A DNA stretch of 64,000 nt from contig JBMNJG010000005.1 of NCBI GenBank assembly GCA_050951545.1, forward strand, positions 288,001-352,000, written 5' to 3'. Numbering within the stretch: position 1 is the stretch's first letter; each line of letters starts with the position of its first letter. The stretch comes from Limnochordia bacterium (GTDB taxonomy: Bacteria > Bacillota > Limnochordia > DTU080). Of this stretch, positions 1 through 10,112 are shown in pieces. The notes below the pieces were generated by a model that was given only the letters and a program-made list of their open reading frames with translations, made no database searches and had not been told where the DNA came from. Position numbers and translations under genes: made by a program.

Positions 1-2
1 CT

Positions 3-710
3 CTCGGGGCCGCAGTGCAGGCAGCAATAGTCGACGGTCTAGATGTGGATGCGGTCTTGGTGGACGTCACCGCCCACTCATTGGGCATTGCGGTAGCTGT
101 TGACCTCGGTACACGTCTGATTAGCGACCGCTACAGCGTGATCATTCCCCGCAACTCAGTGATTCCCACAGAGAAGGCGGAGGTCTACACCACCACCTAC
201 GACAACCAGAGGGCCGTCGATATCAGGGTGTTCCAAGGCGAACACCATACGGCCTCCAGCAACGAACGTCTGGGCGAGTTTCGCCTCGAGGGTGTTCCAC
301 CTCGTCCGGCAGGTGGTGTGGAGATTATCGTGACGTTCTCGATGGACGTAGACGGCATCCTTCAGGTGACCGCCGAGGAACGTAGCACAGGCAGTAGTGC
401 GAACATCACAGTGCGCGATATGCGAGCCCGTATGAGCGCCTATGAGAAAATGGCAGACGAAGCGGCGGTTACAGAGCTATGGGATCCAGACGCATCCGGT
501 ACCGCGGCTACCCAGGCCCTTTTGCGCCAGGCCAAGAGCGTGGCCGAGGAGCAACAAGGGGAGATCGCTGCCGAGATACTGGCCATTGTTGCCGAGATTG
601 AGGCGCTACTGGATGAGGATCTTCCTGATCCGGAAACCCTGGCCGATCTGGAGGATGAGTTGCTGGAAATACTGGAAGGTGCAGAGGAAAACGAGGAAAA
701 CGACGAGTAG
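3..710 (+). CDS. Hsp70/DnaK-family chaperone, C-terminal part (5' end outside window)
   Basis: Motifs LVDVTAHSLGI, IIPRNSVIPT, DNQRAVDIRVFQGE, IIVTFSMDVDGILQV match the Hsp70 substrate-binding domain; frame is open to the window edge. Confidence 0.9.
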   Translation, partial: LGAAVQAAIVDGLDVDAVLVDVTAHSLGIAVAVDLGTRLISDRYSVIIPRNSVIPTEKAEVYTTTYDNQRAVDIRVFQGEHHTASSNERLGEFRLEGVPPRPAGGVEIIVTFSMDVDGILQVTAEERSTGSSANITVRDMRARMSAYEKMADEAAVTELWDPDASGTAATQALLRQAKSVAEEQQGEIAAEILAIVAEIEALLDEDLPDPETLADLEDELLEILEGAEENEENDE

Positions 711-785
711 TCTGACCACATGGCATGGGGTGTTCAGCTGGAGACGCGATCTTGCAGCGATGGTGCGCTTCGAGGTGAACGCTAA

Positions 786-1643
786 ATGAGATCCTCTGTT
801 GAGTGGAACGAGTTTGTGACCAGCCACTTCATGCAACACCCGGTATTCGTAACCTACCATCGGTGCCAGCGTCCCCAGGTTACTCCATTGCATAGGCAAT
901 CGGGTATTGAGTTACACCTGACCCATAGCGGTCGCGGCTCTTTTCACGTTGACGACATGGTGATGGTGCAACGGGGCCGCCAACTGGTGATCGTCGGCCA
1001 GCTGGTTGCCCACCAGGTCTTCGCCGATGTGCAGTCCGGCTATACACGCTCAGTCATCTGCCTAGACAAGCCCGTGCTCGATCAGATCACCACGATCTGC
1101 GGACCCGAGCTTCTATCCGGTCTTGTTCCTAGCAGCATCAACGCTGCCACGCTCCCTTGCGAAGTCTGGCAAGAAACAGAGGGCCTGGTCATGCGCATGT
1201 GCTGGGAATGGGAGCATCGGCTGCCAAACTGGCAGCACGCCATCTTTGGCCACCTGATGAATCTGCTTGTCCAACTACAGCGAAGCGAATCACAGGCGAC
1301 TCATTGTGACGCCGGTACGGACCTGATAAGTTGCTGCCTGGAGATTGTCGAGAGACAGCTCGATAGCGACCTTAGCGTAGAGTGCTTGGCCGACATGCTC
1401 GCTGTCTCTCCGAAGTATTTATCGAGCCTCTTCTCACGTACTATCGGTGTCAACCTCAGCGACTATGTGTGGGACAGGCGGATGGCCATGGCGAGGCGCT
1501 TGCTTGCCAGCAATCCGCGCTTGTACATCCGCGAAGTGGCCAGGCGCTGCGGATTCAAGAGTGCGGCTCACTTCTCCCGCCGCTTTGGCCAAGCCACTGG
1601 CTTAACGCCCTCCTCGTACCGAGCACAGCTTCACAGCTCATAA
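786..1643 (+). CDS. AraC-family transcriptional regulator
   Basis: N-terminal cupin-like (LHRQSGIELHL) and C-terminal double HTH (IREVARRCGFKSAAHFSRRFGQATGLTPSSYR). Confidence 0.92.
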   Translation: MRSSVEWNEFVTSHFMQHPVFVTYHRCQRPQVTPLHRQSGIELHLTHSGRGSFHVDDMVMVQRGRQLVIVGQLVAHQVFADVQSGYTRSVICLDKPVLDQITTICGPELLSGLVPSSINAATLPCEVWQETEGLVMRMCWEWEHRLPNWQHAIFGHLMNLLVQLQRSESQATHCDAGTDLISCCLEIVERQLDSDLSVECLADMLAVSPKYLSSLFSRTIGVNLSDYVWDRRMAMARRLLASNPRLYIREVARRCGFKSAAHFSRRFGQATGLTPSSYRAQLHSS

Positions 1644-2905
1644 CCCCTGGCACGCATCTCCTTAGACACTGTCTCGCCGTCAACTGCATGAAAACCCACC
1701 GTCGTCGCCCGCGCCATACTGGCGGCTAGACCAACGGCCTCGCCCATAGGGACCGCGTTACCCGTAACCCGATAAGACGCATGAGCGAAAAAGTCGCCGC
1801 TGATACAACGCCCAGCTAGAGCAAGGTTGGAAAGATCGCGGGCCACCAAAGCTCGGTACGGAATATGGTAAGGCTTACTGCGAAGCCCATGGTTGGCGTA
1901 GCCCGTGACAGCACTGCGCTCTAGAGCGTGCACATCAACCCCAAACCGCACGAGGCACACCCCGTCACCAAAGCGCCGGCCAGCCACGACATCGTCAGCC
2001 GTCACGTGGTAAAGTCCCCGCACGCGTCTGCCCTCACGCAGACCGATATGAGCGGCAGTAGCGACCAGGCGCGCATCATCCCATGCAGGTAGTTTGCGCA
2101 ACGCCTGGACCGTTAGGTACAACTCCTTGCGAGCACGCACCGTGGCCTGAGTGATCTCGTCGGCTGAGTCGCAACGTACGTCGTACTCGTGGTTGATCAT
2201 CAAGCAATGGAGCTCCGGATGGGGTAAGGGAAACAGTGAAGGTGACTGGTAGCTGGGATCGATGCCCACAGAGTTAAGCATGGCGCGAAAGCGCTCCTTG
2301 TCCCCCTCTGCCCGCGTTCCCGAAATCTCCTTCGGCACCCCGCTGATGATAGCGAATAGCGTGGCGGGTTGAGTCTTCCCACTCACTGGATGTCCGTGAT
2401 CATACGCACACTGCGCATAGGCCGCTAGATCGCCGTTGCCCGTGCTATCCACGAAGAGGGGTGCGGTGAAGGCCTCACGGCCGCTGGGGCTCTCTGTCAC
2501 GATAGCTCTCAGTAAGCCATCCTCACGTATAGCTGCCACCACGCGGGTATGCAAACGCATGTGTACTCCCGCCTCGTTACACAGATCTTCTAGCAGGACC
2601 TTCATAGTCTCCGGATCGTAGAGAAAATCGGCGCGCTGCGAGCGGGGGCGCCTGGCCCCCGCCGCCTCCAATCGCTCACCTATCTCCTCCACGAGCCCAC
2701 ATTTGCCTGTCCCATCAAGCACCAGGCACAGCAGACCCGACGTCCAGATGCCTCCCAAGCAGCCCTGGCTCTCTACCAGAAGAACTCGCAACCCCGAGCG
2801 ACCCGCAGTAACAGCCGCGGCTACGCCCGCAGGTCCGGCCCCACACACAATGAGATCAAAGTCACCAGCAACGTTAAGAGTCCTTGCTGGTTCCACTAAC
2901 TGCAT
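1631..2905 (-). CDS. FAD-dependent oxidoreductase (FAD_oxidored family)
   Basis: GAGPAG Rossmann motif, LGGIWTSG, VDSTGNGDLA, IPYRALV..NLALAGRCISGD. Confidence 0.9.
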   Translation of the reverse strand: MQLVEPARTLNVAGDFDLIVCGAGPAGVAAAVTAGRSGLRVLLVESQGCLGGIWTSGLLCLVLDGTGKCGLVEEIGERLEAAGARRPRSQRADFLYDPETMKVLLEDLCNEAGVHMRLHTRVVAAIREDGLLRAIVTESPSGREAFTAPLFVDSTGNGDLAAYAQCAYDHGHPVSGKTQPATLFAIISGVPKEISGTRAEGDKERFRAMLNSVGIDPSYQSPSLFPLPHPELHCLMINHEYDVRCDSADEITQATVRARKELYLTVQALRKLPAWDDARLVATAAHIGLREGRRVRGLYHVTADDVVAGRRFGDGVCLVRFGVDVHALERSAVTGYANHGLRSKPYHIPYRALVARDLSNLALAGRCISGDFFAHASYRVTGNAVPMGEAVGLAASMARATTVGFHAVDGETVSKEMRARGYEL

Positions 2906-2923
2906 ACCCTGCGACCTCCGCTC

Positions 2924-4186
2924 CTACTGCGTTTCGTAGATGGTACGCCAGTTGCCCATGGCAAACGCCTGGGCGTTATCCAGTGCCGCTTCAGGGGTCT
3001 CCTTCCCAGTAAACACGTTATCGACTGCCGTCCGGACAGCGTCTTGCATGGTTACCTTCATGGGGCTCATGTCCTCAACCACAATGCGCTCTGCATGGAA
3101 TAGCGTCTCTATGAACCACCGCTCAAGCAACGGCATCTGCCTCGACTTGGCAAGAAGAAACTCCTGATTCGCGGTAAATGCCCCGGCCTTGTCCCACATC
3201 GTGTTGATGGCTTCCCTGTCACTGAGGAGATAGCTGATCAGGCGTATGGCCTCCGCCGGCTTCTTGCTGCCCGTCGGAATACCTATGCTCCAGGCACGCC
3301 AGCGCTGGGTGAGCTTGCCATTGATATGTGGCGCCCAGGTGGCGTCGACTTCCTTGCCCAGCTGCCTCTGCAGGTTTCCGCCTATAAGATGAGATCCGTT
3401 GATGATCATCGTCGTTCTGCCTGAGGTGACTGAAGGGCTGAACTGGAGGATGCCAGGGAAAGGATCCACAAAGAGCTCCTTCATCGTGGTTATGGCAGAA
3501 GCCAAAGTACGGTTGCCGCCTAGATTCGGTCTATAGCCATCCTGGTATAGCACCACGTCAAACAAAGACTCCCAGGTATAGGACACCGTATGCCAGGTCT
3601 CCTTGGGGTGGAGCCCCACTCGAGTCAATCTGCCATCTGCATCCATCAGGGTCAGCTTCTTACTGAAGGCCCCTATCTCAGCCCACGATGGCGCTCGGTC
3701 ACGAGCTGGGCGAATAACGCCTGCCTCATCGAAAGCTTCTGCGTCGTACACCAGGGAATAGCTCGGCGCGATATCCCAAAATGGCAAGGTGTAGCGCGTC
3801 CCTGCATACATGCCCAGTCTTTCATAGCCACGGGCTAGGTCTTTGACCTGGAAACCGCCATGCGCCTTCAGTAAAGGATCCAGTGGACGCAGTAGTCCTT
3901 TCATACCCAAGACCGAATACTCGCCACCGTGCATATCGGCCACATCAGGTGGTGACCCCGCAGCGATAGCCGTCATCAGCTTCTCCCCGCCCGAGCCCGT
4001 GACCAGTCTGACCGAAAGACCTGGGTTCTTAGCTGCAAAATCGCCCAGCACTTCGCGCAACACCTCACCCTTGGCCCCGCCAAAGGTCACCCAGAACTCA
4101 ATCTCCGTTGAAACCGCAGCGCTAGCCACACCCGATAGAGCGACAATCGTCATCAGCGCCAGAAATAAACGGGTCAAACGATGCAT
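2924..4186 (-). CDS. Sugar-type ABC extracellular solute-binding protein
   Basis: Signal peptide, IAAGSPPDV, C-terminal TPEAALD typical of SBP_bac_1/8; AGGAGG RBS. Confidence 0.88.
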   Translation of the reverse strand: MHRLTRLFLALMTIVALSGVASAAVSTEIEFWVTFGGAKGEVLREVLGDFAAKNPGLSVRLVTGSGGEKLMTAIAAGSPPDVADMHGGEYSVLGMKGLLRPLDPLLKAHGGFQVKDLARGYERLGMYAGTRYTLPFWDIAPSYSLVYDAEAFDEAGVIRPARDRAPSWAEIGAFSKKLTLMDADGRLTRVGLHPKETWHTVSYTWESLFDVVLYQDGYRPNLGGNRTLASAITTMKELFVDPFPGILQFSPSVTSGRTTMIINGSHLIGGNLQRQLGKEVDATWAPHINGKLTQRWRAWSIGIPTGSKKPAEAIRLISYLLSDREAINTMWDKAGAFTANQEFLLAKSRQMPLLERWFIETLFHAERIVVEDMSPMKVTMQDAVRTAVDNVFTGKETPEAALDNAQAFAMGNWRTIYETQ

Positions 4187-4477
4187 TGCGCCACCTCCTA
4201 TATTCGCACCCCATTGCTTCTGAGTTGGGCTACAACGCCAACATGATTACACGGCACACTACCTCCCAACTACAGCTACTACACCAATTTTACCATGACG
4301 TAGGCAACACCGATTGTCTGCAGTCCCGTACTGCAGTTGACTACAGGTACGCATTTTTGGGGGAAAACAGGGGGTGTTTGTGGTAGCTCCGCCCAGCATC
4401 TCACACTTACGAAGGGAATTGCTGGCTCCGGGAGAACCTATCCCATGCATGGGAACGGCCCGTGGGGGGTGCGTAGG

Positions 4478-4828
4478 ATGGAGCTGGTGCGCGTGGACGT
4501 CAATACTGTCAGAGACTGAGTGCTTGTCGCTGTCGAGGATCTTCCACAAGTGGTTGCTGCCTATCTTTTTGGATCCGCTTCAGGCTTGTGCCGCCCTGAC
4601 AGCGACCCAGACATCGCCCTTTTTGTGACTGACATTGATCCGAACTCGCGAGAGGCCGACCACATGGCAGGCGAGGTTACCCGTCGACTTGCTCCAGTAG
4701 GCGAGCATCCCTTTGACGTCAATGTCGTTGCTCCAGACAACACCATCTTCGCCTTCCGGATTATCTCTCAGGGCATACCTCTCGTAGTGAGAGACAACGC
4801 TTTGATGACTCATTACAAACGGCCATAG
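4478..4828 (+). pseudogene. Minimal nucleotidyltransferase (MntA-like antitoxin), interrupted
   Basis: AAYLFGS...DSDPDIA motif; in-frame TGA at 4517-4519 separates MELVRVDVNTVRD from the rest; no HEPN partner follows. Confidence 0.7.
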
Positions 4829-4966
4829 AGGCCTGCATTGATCTCGCCTATGACATCTCAGCACTGTGGGAACCCACAGAGGGCTGAGAGTAGCGCGTGA
4901 AGTCAAGCGCTCGGGCCCCCAGGAAGGGACGCCCGAAGCAGCTGCCCCGGGCGTTCCTTCCCACGC

Positions 4967-5974
4967 CTAGATCTCGTCCAGACCCAAGCCCCGGAGATCA
5001 GCCACTTTGTTCTGTTGCTCAGCCTCATACAGGCGCCAGATCACTCTCAGTCCCTGTAGGCTTCCAGGGCCATCGGTGAGGGGACGACGCCCAGTCGTGA
5101 TGCAATCGAGGAAATGCGCCATTTCATTCTGCGTATGCTTGCCTGGCTGCGTCTCCGTCAGCAAGGTTTCTTTACCACCCTTATGAAGGATGAGTTTGCT
5201 GCGAGTGGGGTCGATCTCAAGCATACCTTCCGTGCAGTGAGCATGCATGGAGTTGCGCAAACGCGTACCTCTAGCCCCCCAGGTGCCGAAATGATAGCCC
5301 AACCTGCCGCCCTCAAACTCAATGGCTACGTTACTGGTGCCTTCGCGCTCCATCCAGGGCGTGCAGAAATTGGTGCCCACATGCGTCCCGGCCAAAGGCT
5401 TACCTATGATCCATAACAACAGATCGATGTAGTGACAGCCATGACTAAAAAGCTGTCCCCCACCCAGGGTCGCCGCCTTGCTGGCCCAATGGCCGGGCGA
5501 ATACTGGGTCAACTGCTCGGTCCAGATGGATAGCTGGAACAGATCGCCAAAAGCACGCTCATCAATAAGCTGCTTCATCTTGACGACTAGAGGATGAAAG
5601 CGCATACAGTAGGCGATCATCAAGACCCGGTCTGCCCTCTTGGCCGTCTCGATCAGATCGAGGCACTCTTCCTCACTATTCGCCATCGGCTTTTCCAACT
5701 GGACATGCTTGCCAGCTTCCAGACACGCCTTTGCGATCGGATGGTGGAGATGATGGGGCAAGACCAATAGCACAGCGTCTACGTCATCAAGCACAGAGCG
5801 GTAATCGGTGGCCGCCTTGGCCCCTGGAAAGAGCTCAGCCGCCTGACGGGCACGCTGCTCATCAATATCTACCGTCGCTGTAACCGTCACCCGATCTGCC
5901 AAATCTCCCAGCCCCCGGGCGTGCGCCCTGGACATACCTCCACACCCGACGATCCCCAGGCGTACATGACTCAT
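4967..5974 (-). CDS. Gfo/Idh/MocA-family oxidoreductase
   Basis: GIVGCGGM, GKHVQLEKPMA, GGGQLFSHGCHYID; start placed at MSHVR behind AAGGAGG. Confidence 0.92.
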   Translation of the reverse strand: MSHVRLGIVGCGGMSRAHARGLGDLADRVTVTATVDIDEQRARQAAELFPGAKAATDYRSVLDDVDAVLLVLPHHLHHPIAKACLEAGKHVQLEKPMANSEEECLDLIETAKRADRVLMIAYCMRFHPLVVKMKQLIDERAFGDLFQLSIWTEQLTQYSPGHWASKAATLGGGQLFSHGCHYIDLLLWIIGKPLAGTHVGTNFCTPWMEREGTSNVAIEFEGGRLGYHFGTWGARGTRLRNSMHAHCTEGMLEIDPTRSKLILHKGGKETLLTETQPGKHTQNEMAHFLDCITTGRRPLTDGPGSLQGLRVIWRLYEAEQQNKVADLRGLGLDEI

Positions 5975-6093
5975 TATGTGGCCTCCTTGTGACTCACGCG
6001 CTACGTTGATTGTCCTGATAAAGCGTTCGACTACTGTTTCGTCTAACTGGATTGCAGGTGACATGTTTCGCAGTGGATCGCCGATTGCCTGCC

Positions 6094-6906
6094 TTAGGAC
6101 ATCTGCCTGTGAGACATCGCTTCCCGGTACCAGCGAGCGGGGTCGGGACCGAGCTCACCACCCAGAGCCTTTGAGGCCTCGCGGCATGCATCGCAGACTG
6201 CGCCTACAAATGTCTCGGCCATCACCCGATCGGGAAGGCGTGAGCTTGGCGCAGAGACTGACATGGCGGCCTCTGCCATCCCCACTTGGTTGACTACCAC
6301 AGAGGCCGTACACCGGACACCAATCGTGTTTTCGTCCCAGTCCACTGCGTAGCCCTGCTCCCGAATGTCATGGATGGCCTTCCACATTGCGTCCTTCGTC
6401 GTGATCGTATGCGGAGTGAAGCCTTCGAACTTGTAGTTGGCAAGAATCGCCTGAATCTCCTCATCAGGAGCGAAAGCTAGCAGTGCTTTTCCTAGGGCAG
6501 ACGAATGGAGCGGGGCTCGCGTGCCAACGGGAGTGTACATCATTGGTGCATGCCGCGAGGGTATGGAGTTCATGTAGAGCACGTCCCTACCATAACGGAC
6601 AGCCAGATGCGCGGTTTCCCCAGTAAGGCTGCTCAGTCCAGACAGGGAAGGATAGACGAGCCGCCCCAGATGTGCCTGGAGGGAGACGGGGCCCAGGAGC
6701 AGTAGGAGCTCTGGCCCAACCCTATATAACTTATGTGTCTCCTGGAAATCCAGGTATCCCTCTCTTTCCAGGGTCTTGATGATCCTGTAGGCAGTAGCGT
6801 AGGGAAGATCAAGACGATCGCTGATCTCCTGAACCTTAAGCCCGTCGCGTTCTCGCGCCACAAGCTTGAGCACTGCCAAGGCCTTCTGAACGCTCTTAAT
6901 GGACAT
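6094..6906 (-). CDS. IclR-family transcriptional regulator
   Basis: SVQKALAVL N-terminal HTH, GETAHL, PLHSSALGKALLA, IREQGYAVD. Confidence 0.93.
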   Translation of the reverse strand: MSIKSVQKALAVLKLVARERDGLKVQEISDRLDLPYATAYRIIKTLEREGYLDFQETHKLYRVGPELLLLLGPVSLQAHLGRLVYPSLSGLSSLTGETAHLAVRYGRDVLYMNSIPSRHAPMMYTPVGTRAPLHSSALGKALLAFAPDEEIQAILANYKFEGFTPHTITTKDAMWKAIHDIREQGYAVDWDENTIGVRCTASVVVNQVGMAEAAMSVSAPSSRLPDRVMAETFVGAVCDACREASKALGGELGPDPARWYREAMSHRQMS

Positions 6907-7007
6907 GAGACTCCCTCCCTAGACCGTACCAGTCATGGGTCTTGTCTCCATAAGCCTGTCTTTTCCGGCCATGATTGTCAAGACTTCACCGTGATGTAAA
7001 AAAGATC

Positions 7008-7036
7008 TTGACCGTTCTGACAGATGGTGCTACCAT
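7008..7036 (+). promoter_or_regulatory. sigmaA-like promoter
   Basis: TTGACC-N17-TACCAT upstream of the SBP at 7218, divergent from iclR. Confidence 0.6.
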
Positions 7037-7217
7037 CATAGCACACACTTCTCGCATCACGAATTCCATTCGCGCATGGTGGATATTAGAGGACGTGCCA
7101 TGGGAGCCAGGAGACAGATGCAGCGTAAGGCTGGAGGTGATTCATCCGTTTCGGTACCGCTTTGTCCATGCACTGACACCAGTCGGTCATCAACCCGCTA
7201 GACAGGGAGGGTCTATC

Positions 7218-8522
7218 ATGAGAAGAAGGAAGAACATCGCCGTCGTAGTACTGGGGATGCTGATCGCAATGCTGCTGTCCGCTTCTATGGCCGAGGCCCT
7301 GACTAAGGTGGCATTCTTGGGGCGAAGCAATCAGAATCTGATGAAACCCATTCGTGAGATCGTTGGGCGTTTCAACCAAGCCAATGCGGGCCAAGTCCAG
7401 GTCGACATCCTTGAAGCATCGGCGGGCTCCCAGGTATTAGAGCAGCTGGGTGTTCTTCGCCTATCCGGCGACTCCCCAGACATAGTGTTCACCGCCGTTG
7501 AGACGTTAGACATGATCATGAACGGGATGATCGTTCCCGTTGATCCGTTTGTGGCCAAGGATCCCAAGTGGCTGGATGATTTCTTCCCGGATGTTGTCGA
7601 TACGCTCAGGCTGCGTGGCAAGCTGTGGGGCGTGCCTATCGGCTTCTCCATGAGCTGGGGAATCCTGTACAATCAGTCTTTGTTGGATTCCGCGGCGCTG
7701 CCCACGCCACCAGAGGGATGGAACTGGGATGACTTTGTCGCCTTAGGCAAGAAACTAACACATGACACTGACGGGGATGGCACTCCCGAAATATGGGGTG
7801 CGGGGTCGCACGACAACAACGTCTGGTGGGACGGGTGGCTTCTGCAGAATCGAAGCACCTTCTTTGACTGGGATAGGAGCGAATGGCTGCCCGAGCCAAC
7901 TCGTGCCGTCGAAGCCCTAGAGTTTCACGCCTCACTAATCCGGGATCACAGGATCGCTCCTCGCCAGAACCCACTAGCGATCATGCAGCAAGGCAAAGTA
8001 GGCTTGTTCGCGATCCAGGCACCGGACATCCCTTTCACCCTGAGAGCTGGCATCGGGCTCGAAAGAGACTTGCGAGGGACACATCTCCCGGTCCAGGGTT
8101 CCCGAAAAATGCAGGCCAAGAGCTGGAGTCTCTTCCTCGCCAACACCGGGGATGCCAAGCGTACTGCTGCAGCTTGGGAGTTCATGAAGTTCGCCCTCGA
8201 ACCGGACAACCTACTCACCTACAGTGAGTCCGCTGGACACGCACCTCCCAGACGCTCCATCATCGCGAGTCGACAGTACATGAACGAATTACGACAGACT
8301 GGACGAGGTCCGCAGATCGACTTCTGGTATCCCGAACTGGCCGCATATGGCATGGGTACCGTGTTCCCACCTGCACGAGGCGACTTCTTGCGGCTATCCC
8401 TTAGTGAGCTGAACCGCGTGCTCGATGCGCAGATTCCGGCCCGGTCAGCCATTCATGAGATTAAGCGAATCATGGACCCGATTACCACCAAACTGCTCGA
8501 AATTCTCAATCAGATACAGTGA
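7218..8522 (+). CDS. Sugar-type ABC solute-binding protein
   Basis: GGGAGG RBS, signal peptide MRRRKNIAVVV.., WNWDDF, DTDGDG loop, AAWEFMKF. Confidence 0.88.
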   Translation: MRRRKNIAVVVLGMLIAMLLSASMAEALTKVAFLGRSNQNLMKPIREIVGRFNQANAGQVQVDILEASAGSQVLEQLGVLRLSGDSPDIVFTAVETLDMIMNGMIVPVDPFVAKDPKWLDDFFPDVVDTLRLRGKLWGVPIGFSMSWGILYNQSLLDSAALPTPPEGWNWDDFVALGKKLTHDTDGDGTPEIWGAGSHDNNVWWDGWLLQNRSTFFDWDRSEWLPEPTRAVEALEFHASLIRDHRIAPRQNPLAIMQQGKVGLFAIQAPDIPFTLRAGIGLERDLRGTHLPVQGSRKMQAKSWSLFLANTGDAKRTAAAWEFMKFALEPDNLLTYSESAGHAPPRRSIIASRQYMNELRQTGRGPQIDFWYPELAAYGMGTVFPPARGDFLRLSLSELNRVLDAQIPARSAIHEIKRIMDPITTKLLEILNQIQ

Positions 8523-8593
8523 ACCTAGCCGCCGACGTGGACCGTTGGCTGAAATAGCCTATCAAGGTAAAGGCTGGGAATGGGGGATTCTAG

Positions 8594-10069
8594 ATGCTAC
8601 GTGTGAGGTCTACTGGTTCTCTCGGAGGCAACCTCGCCACCTACACATTCATCGACGTCGCTATGACCGAGGAATGCGACAATGTGGAACGGGTGGTCAT
8701 GAGGGCTACCAAGGCCAAGACGAATCCAGTCCTGGTGCCTGATCGCCCATGGGAAGGTCTCAATGCACGGGTCTACGGTACTGTCATCTTCGACGATGAG
8801 GAACAGCTGTTCAAGATGTGGTATATCTCACATCATCATCCTGACCGCGAGGTATACAACCTCTACGCGTACTCAGAAGACGGTATGAACTGGATCAAAC
8901 CTGAGCTAGGAATTGTCAACTATAAGGGATGCCCGGCTAACAACATTTTCGCGGTAGAGAGCCGTGTCGGCATGCACATCCCATCTGTCATCAAACTGCC
9001 CGACGCTCCGCCAGATCAGCGATACCTCTGCTTTGCCTACCACAAGGGGGGCCTGAACCTATTCCACTCACCCGATGGTGTTCATTGGCAGGCTCATGGG
9101 AATAACCCTGTCCTTCCGGCCTTTGGAGACGTATGGCACGTTGTCTATGACGAGAAGACCGACTCATTCCTCGCCACAGGGAAGGTACCTACAGAGGCTG
9201 GACGCTCCGTTGCTGTAAGTATCAGCACCGACGGGATCAACTGGGACCCCGCGAACCAGCTGGTCCTCAAGGGCACACAGCGTGATCACTGGCTCGGCCT
9301 GACCGCTGCTGCGGGCCTTTGGTGGACCCCTCCGCTCGGCAACCAGCCCGTTCTCGATGAAGATCAGGATCCGTACCGTGCGAAGCAGTTTGGCGGCCAA
9401 ATATACGGTATGCCGGCTTTTCCGTACGCGGATATGTACGTGGGCTTGGTGTGGGCATACCAAAGTGATGCCCTCATGGAAACACAGCTGGCGTGGAGTC
9501 GTGATCGTCTCACATGGTGTCGCGATCCACGTCGCACAACTATCATTGAGCGAGGATACCAGGGATCCTTCGACTCCAAGATGATCATGGGGACCGCTAC
9601 TCGTCCCCTCATCGTCAATGACGAGATCTGGCTGTACTACGGTGGGTTCGACGTGAGGCATCATTACCCGATTACCGCTGAATCACCCTGGAAGGGGGCA
9701 GCCGTGGGCTTGGCCAAGTGGCGTCTGGATGGCTTTGTGGCACTGGTCAACGCGGCTGGCCACAACCCCCGATTGGTCACATCCGGGCGACCGGGGTCCG
9801 CCCTGACCCAGGCAGTTCCCGTGGTTGGCGACCGTCTCTCGGTGAACGTTGACTCTAGCGACGGAGAGCTCCGTGTGGAAGTCTGCGATGGCGATAGCGG
9901 ACAGGCCATCCCAGGATTCTCTCCACAAGAGTGTAAACCGATCGTGATAGACTCCACCGCGACTACAGTGTGCTGGCAGCACGGCGATCTGCGTGCGCTG
10001 AAAGGCCGCCACGTCCGGCTCCGCTTTCACCTATCAAACGCGTGGCTCTATTCGTTCAGCTTCCGCTAG
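8594..10069 (+). CDS. Five-bladed beta-propeller glycosidase-like protein (GH32/43/130-like fold, uncharacterised)
   Basis: NPVLVPDRPWE, FKMWY, repeated Asp-box-like S.DG..W motifs, EIWLYYGG, RLDGF. Confidence 0.7.
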   Translation: MLRVRSTGSLGGNLATYTFIDVAMTEECDNVERVVMRATKAKTNPVLVPDRPWEGLNARVYGTVIFDDEEQLFKMWYISHHHPDREVYNLYAYSEDGMNWIKPELGIVNYKGCPANNIFAVESRVGMHIPSVIKLPDAPPDQRYLCFAYHKGGLNLFHSPDGVHWQAHGNNPVLPAFGDVWHVVYDEKTDSFLATGKVPTEAGRSVAVSISTDGINWDPANQLVLKGTQRDHWLGLTAAAGLWWTPPLGNQPVLDEDQDPYRAKQFGGQIYGMPAFPYADMYVGLVWAYQSDALMETQLAWSRDRLTWCRDPRRTTIIERGYQGSFDSKMIMGTATRPLIVNDEIWLYYGGFDVRHHYPITAESPWKGAAVGLAKWRLDGFVALVNAAGHNPRLVTSGRPGSALTQAVPVVGDRLSVNVDSSDGELRVEVCDGDSGQAIPGFSPQECKPIVIDSTATTVCWQHGDLRALKGRHVRLRFHLSNAWLYSFSFR

Positions 10070-10112
10070 AGTCCCATCACCCAAAGCACGACAGACGGGA
10101 GATGCTACCGCC

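Noticed and set aside
4517-4519. Selenocysteine read-through of the TGA
   Set aside because: Position is not catalytic and no SECIS-like stem is evident; a nonsense mutation is simpler.
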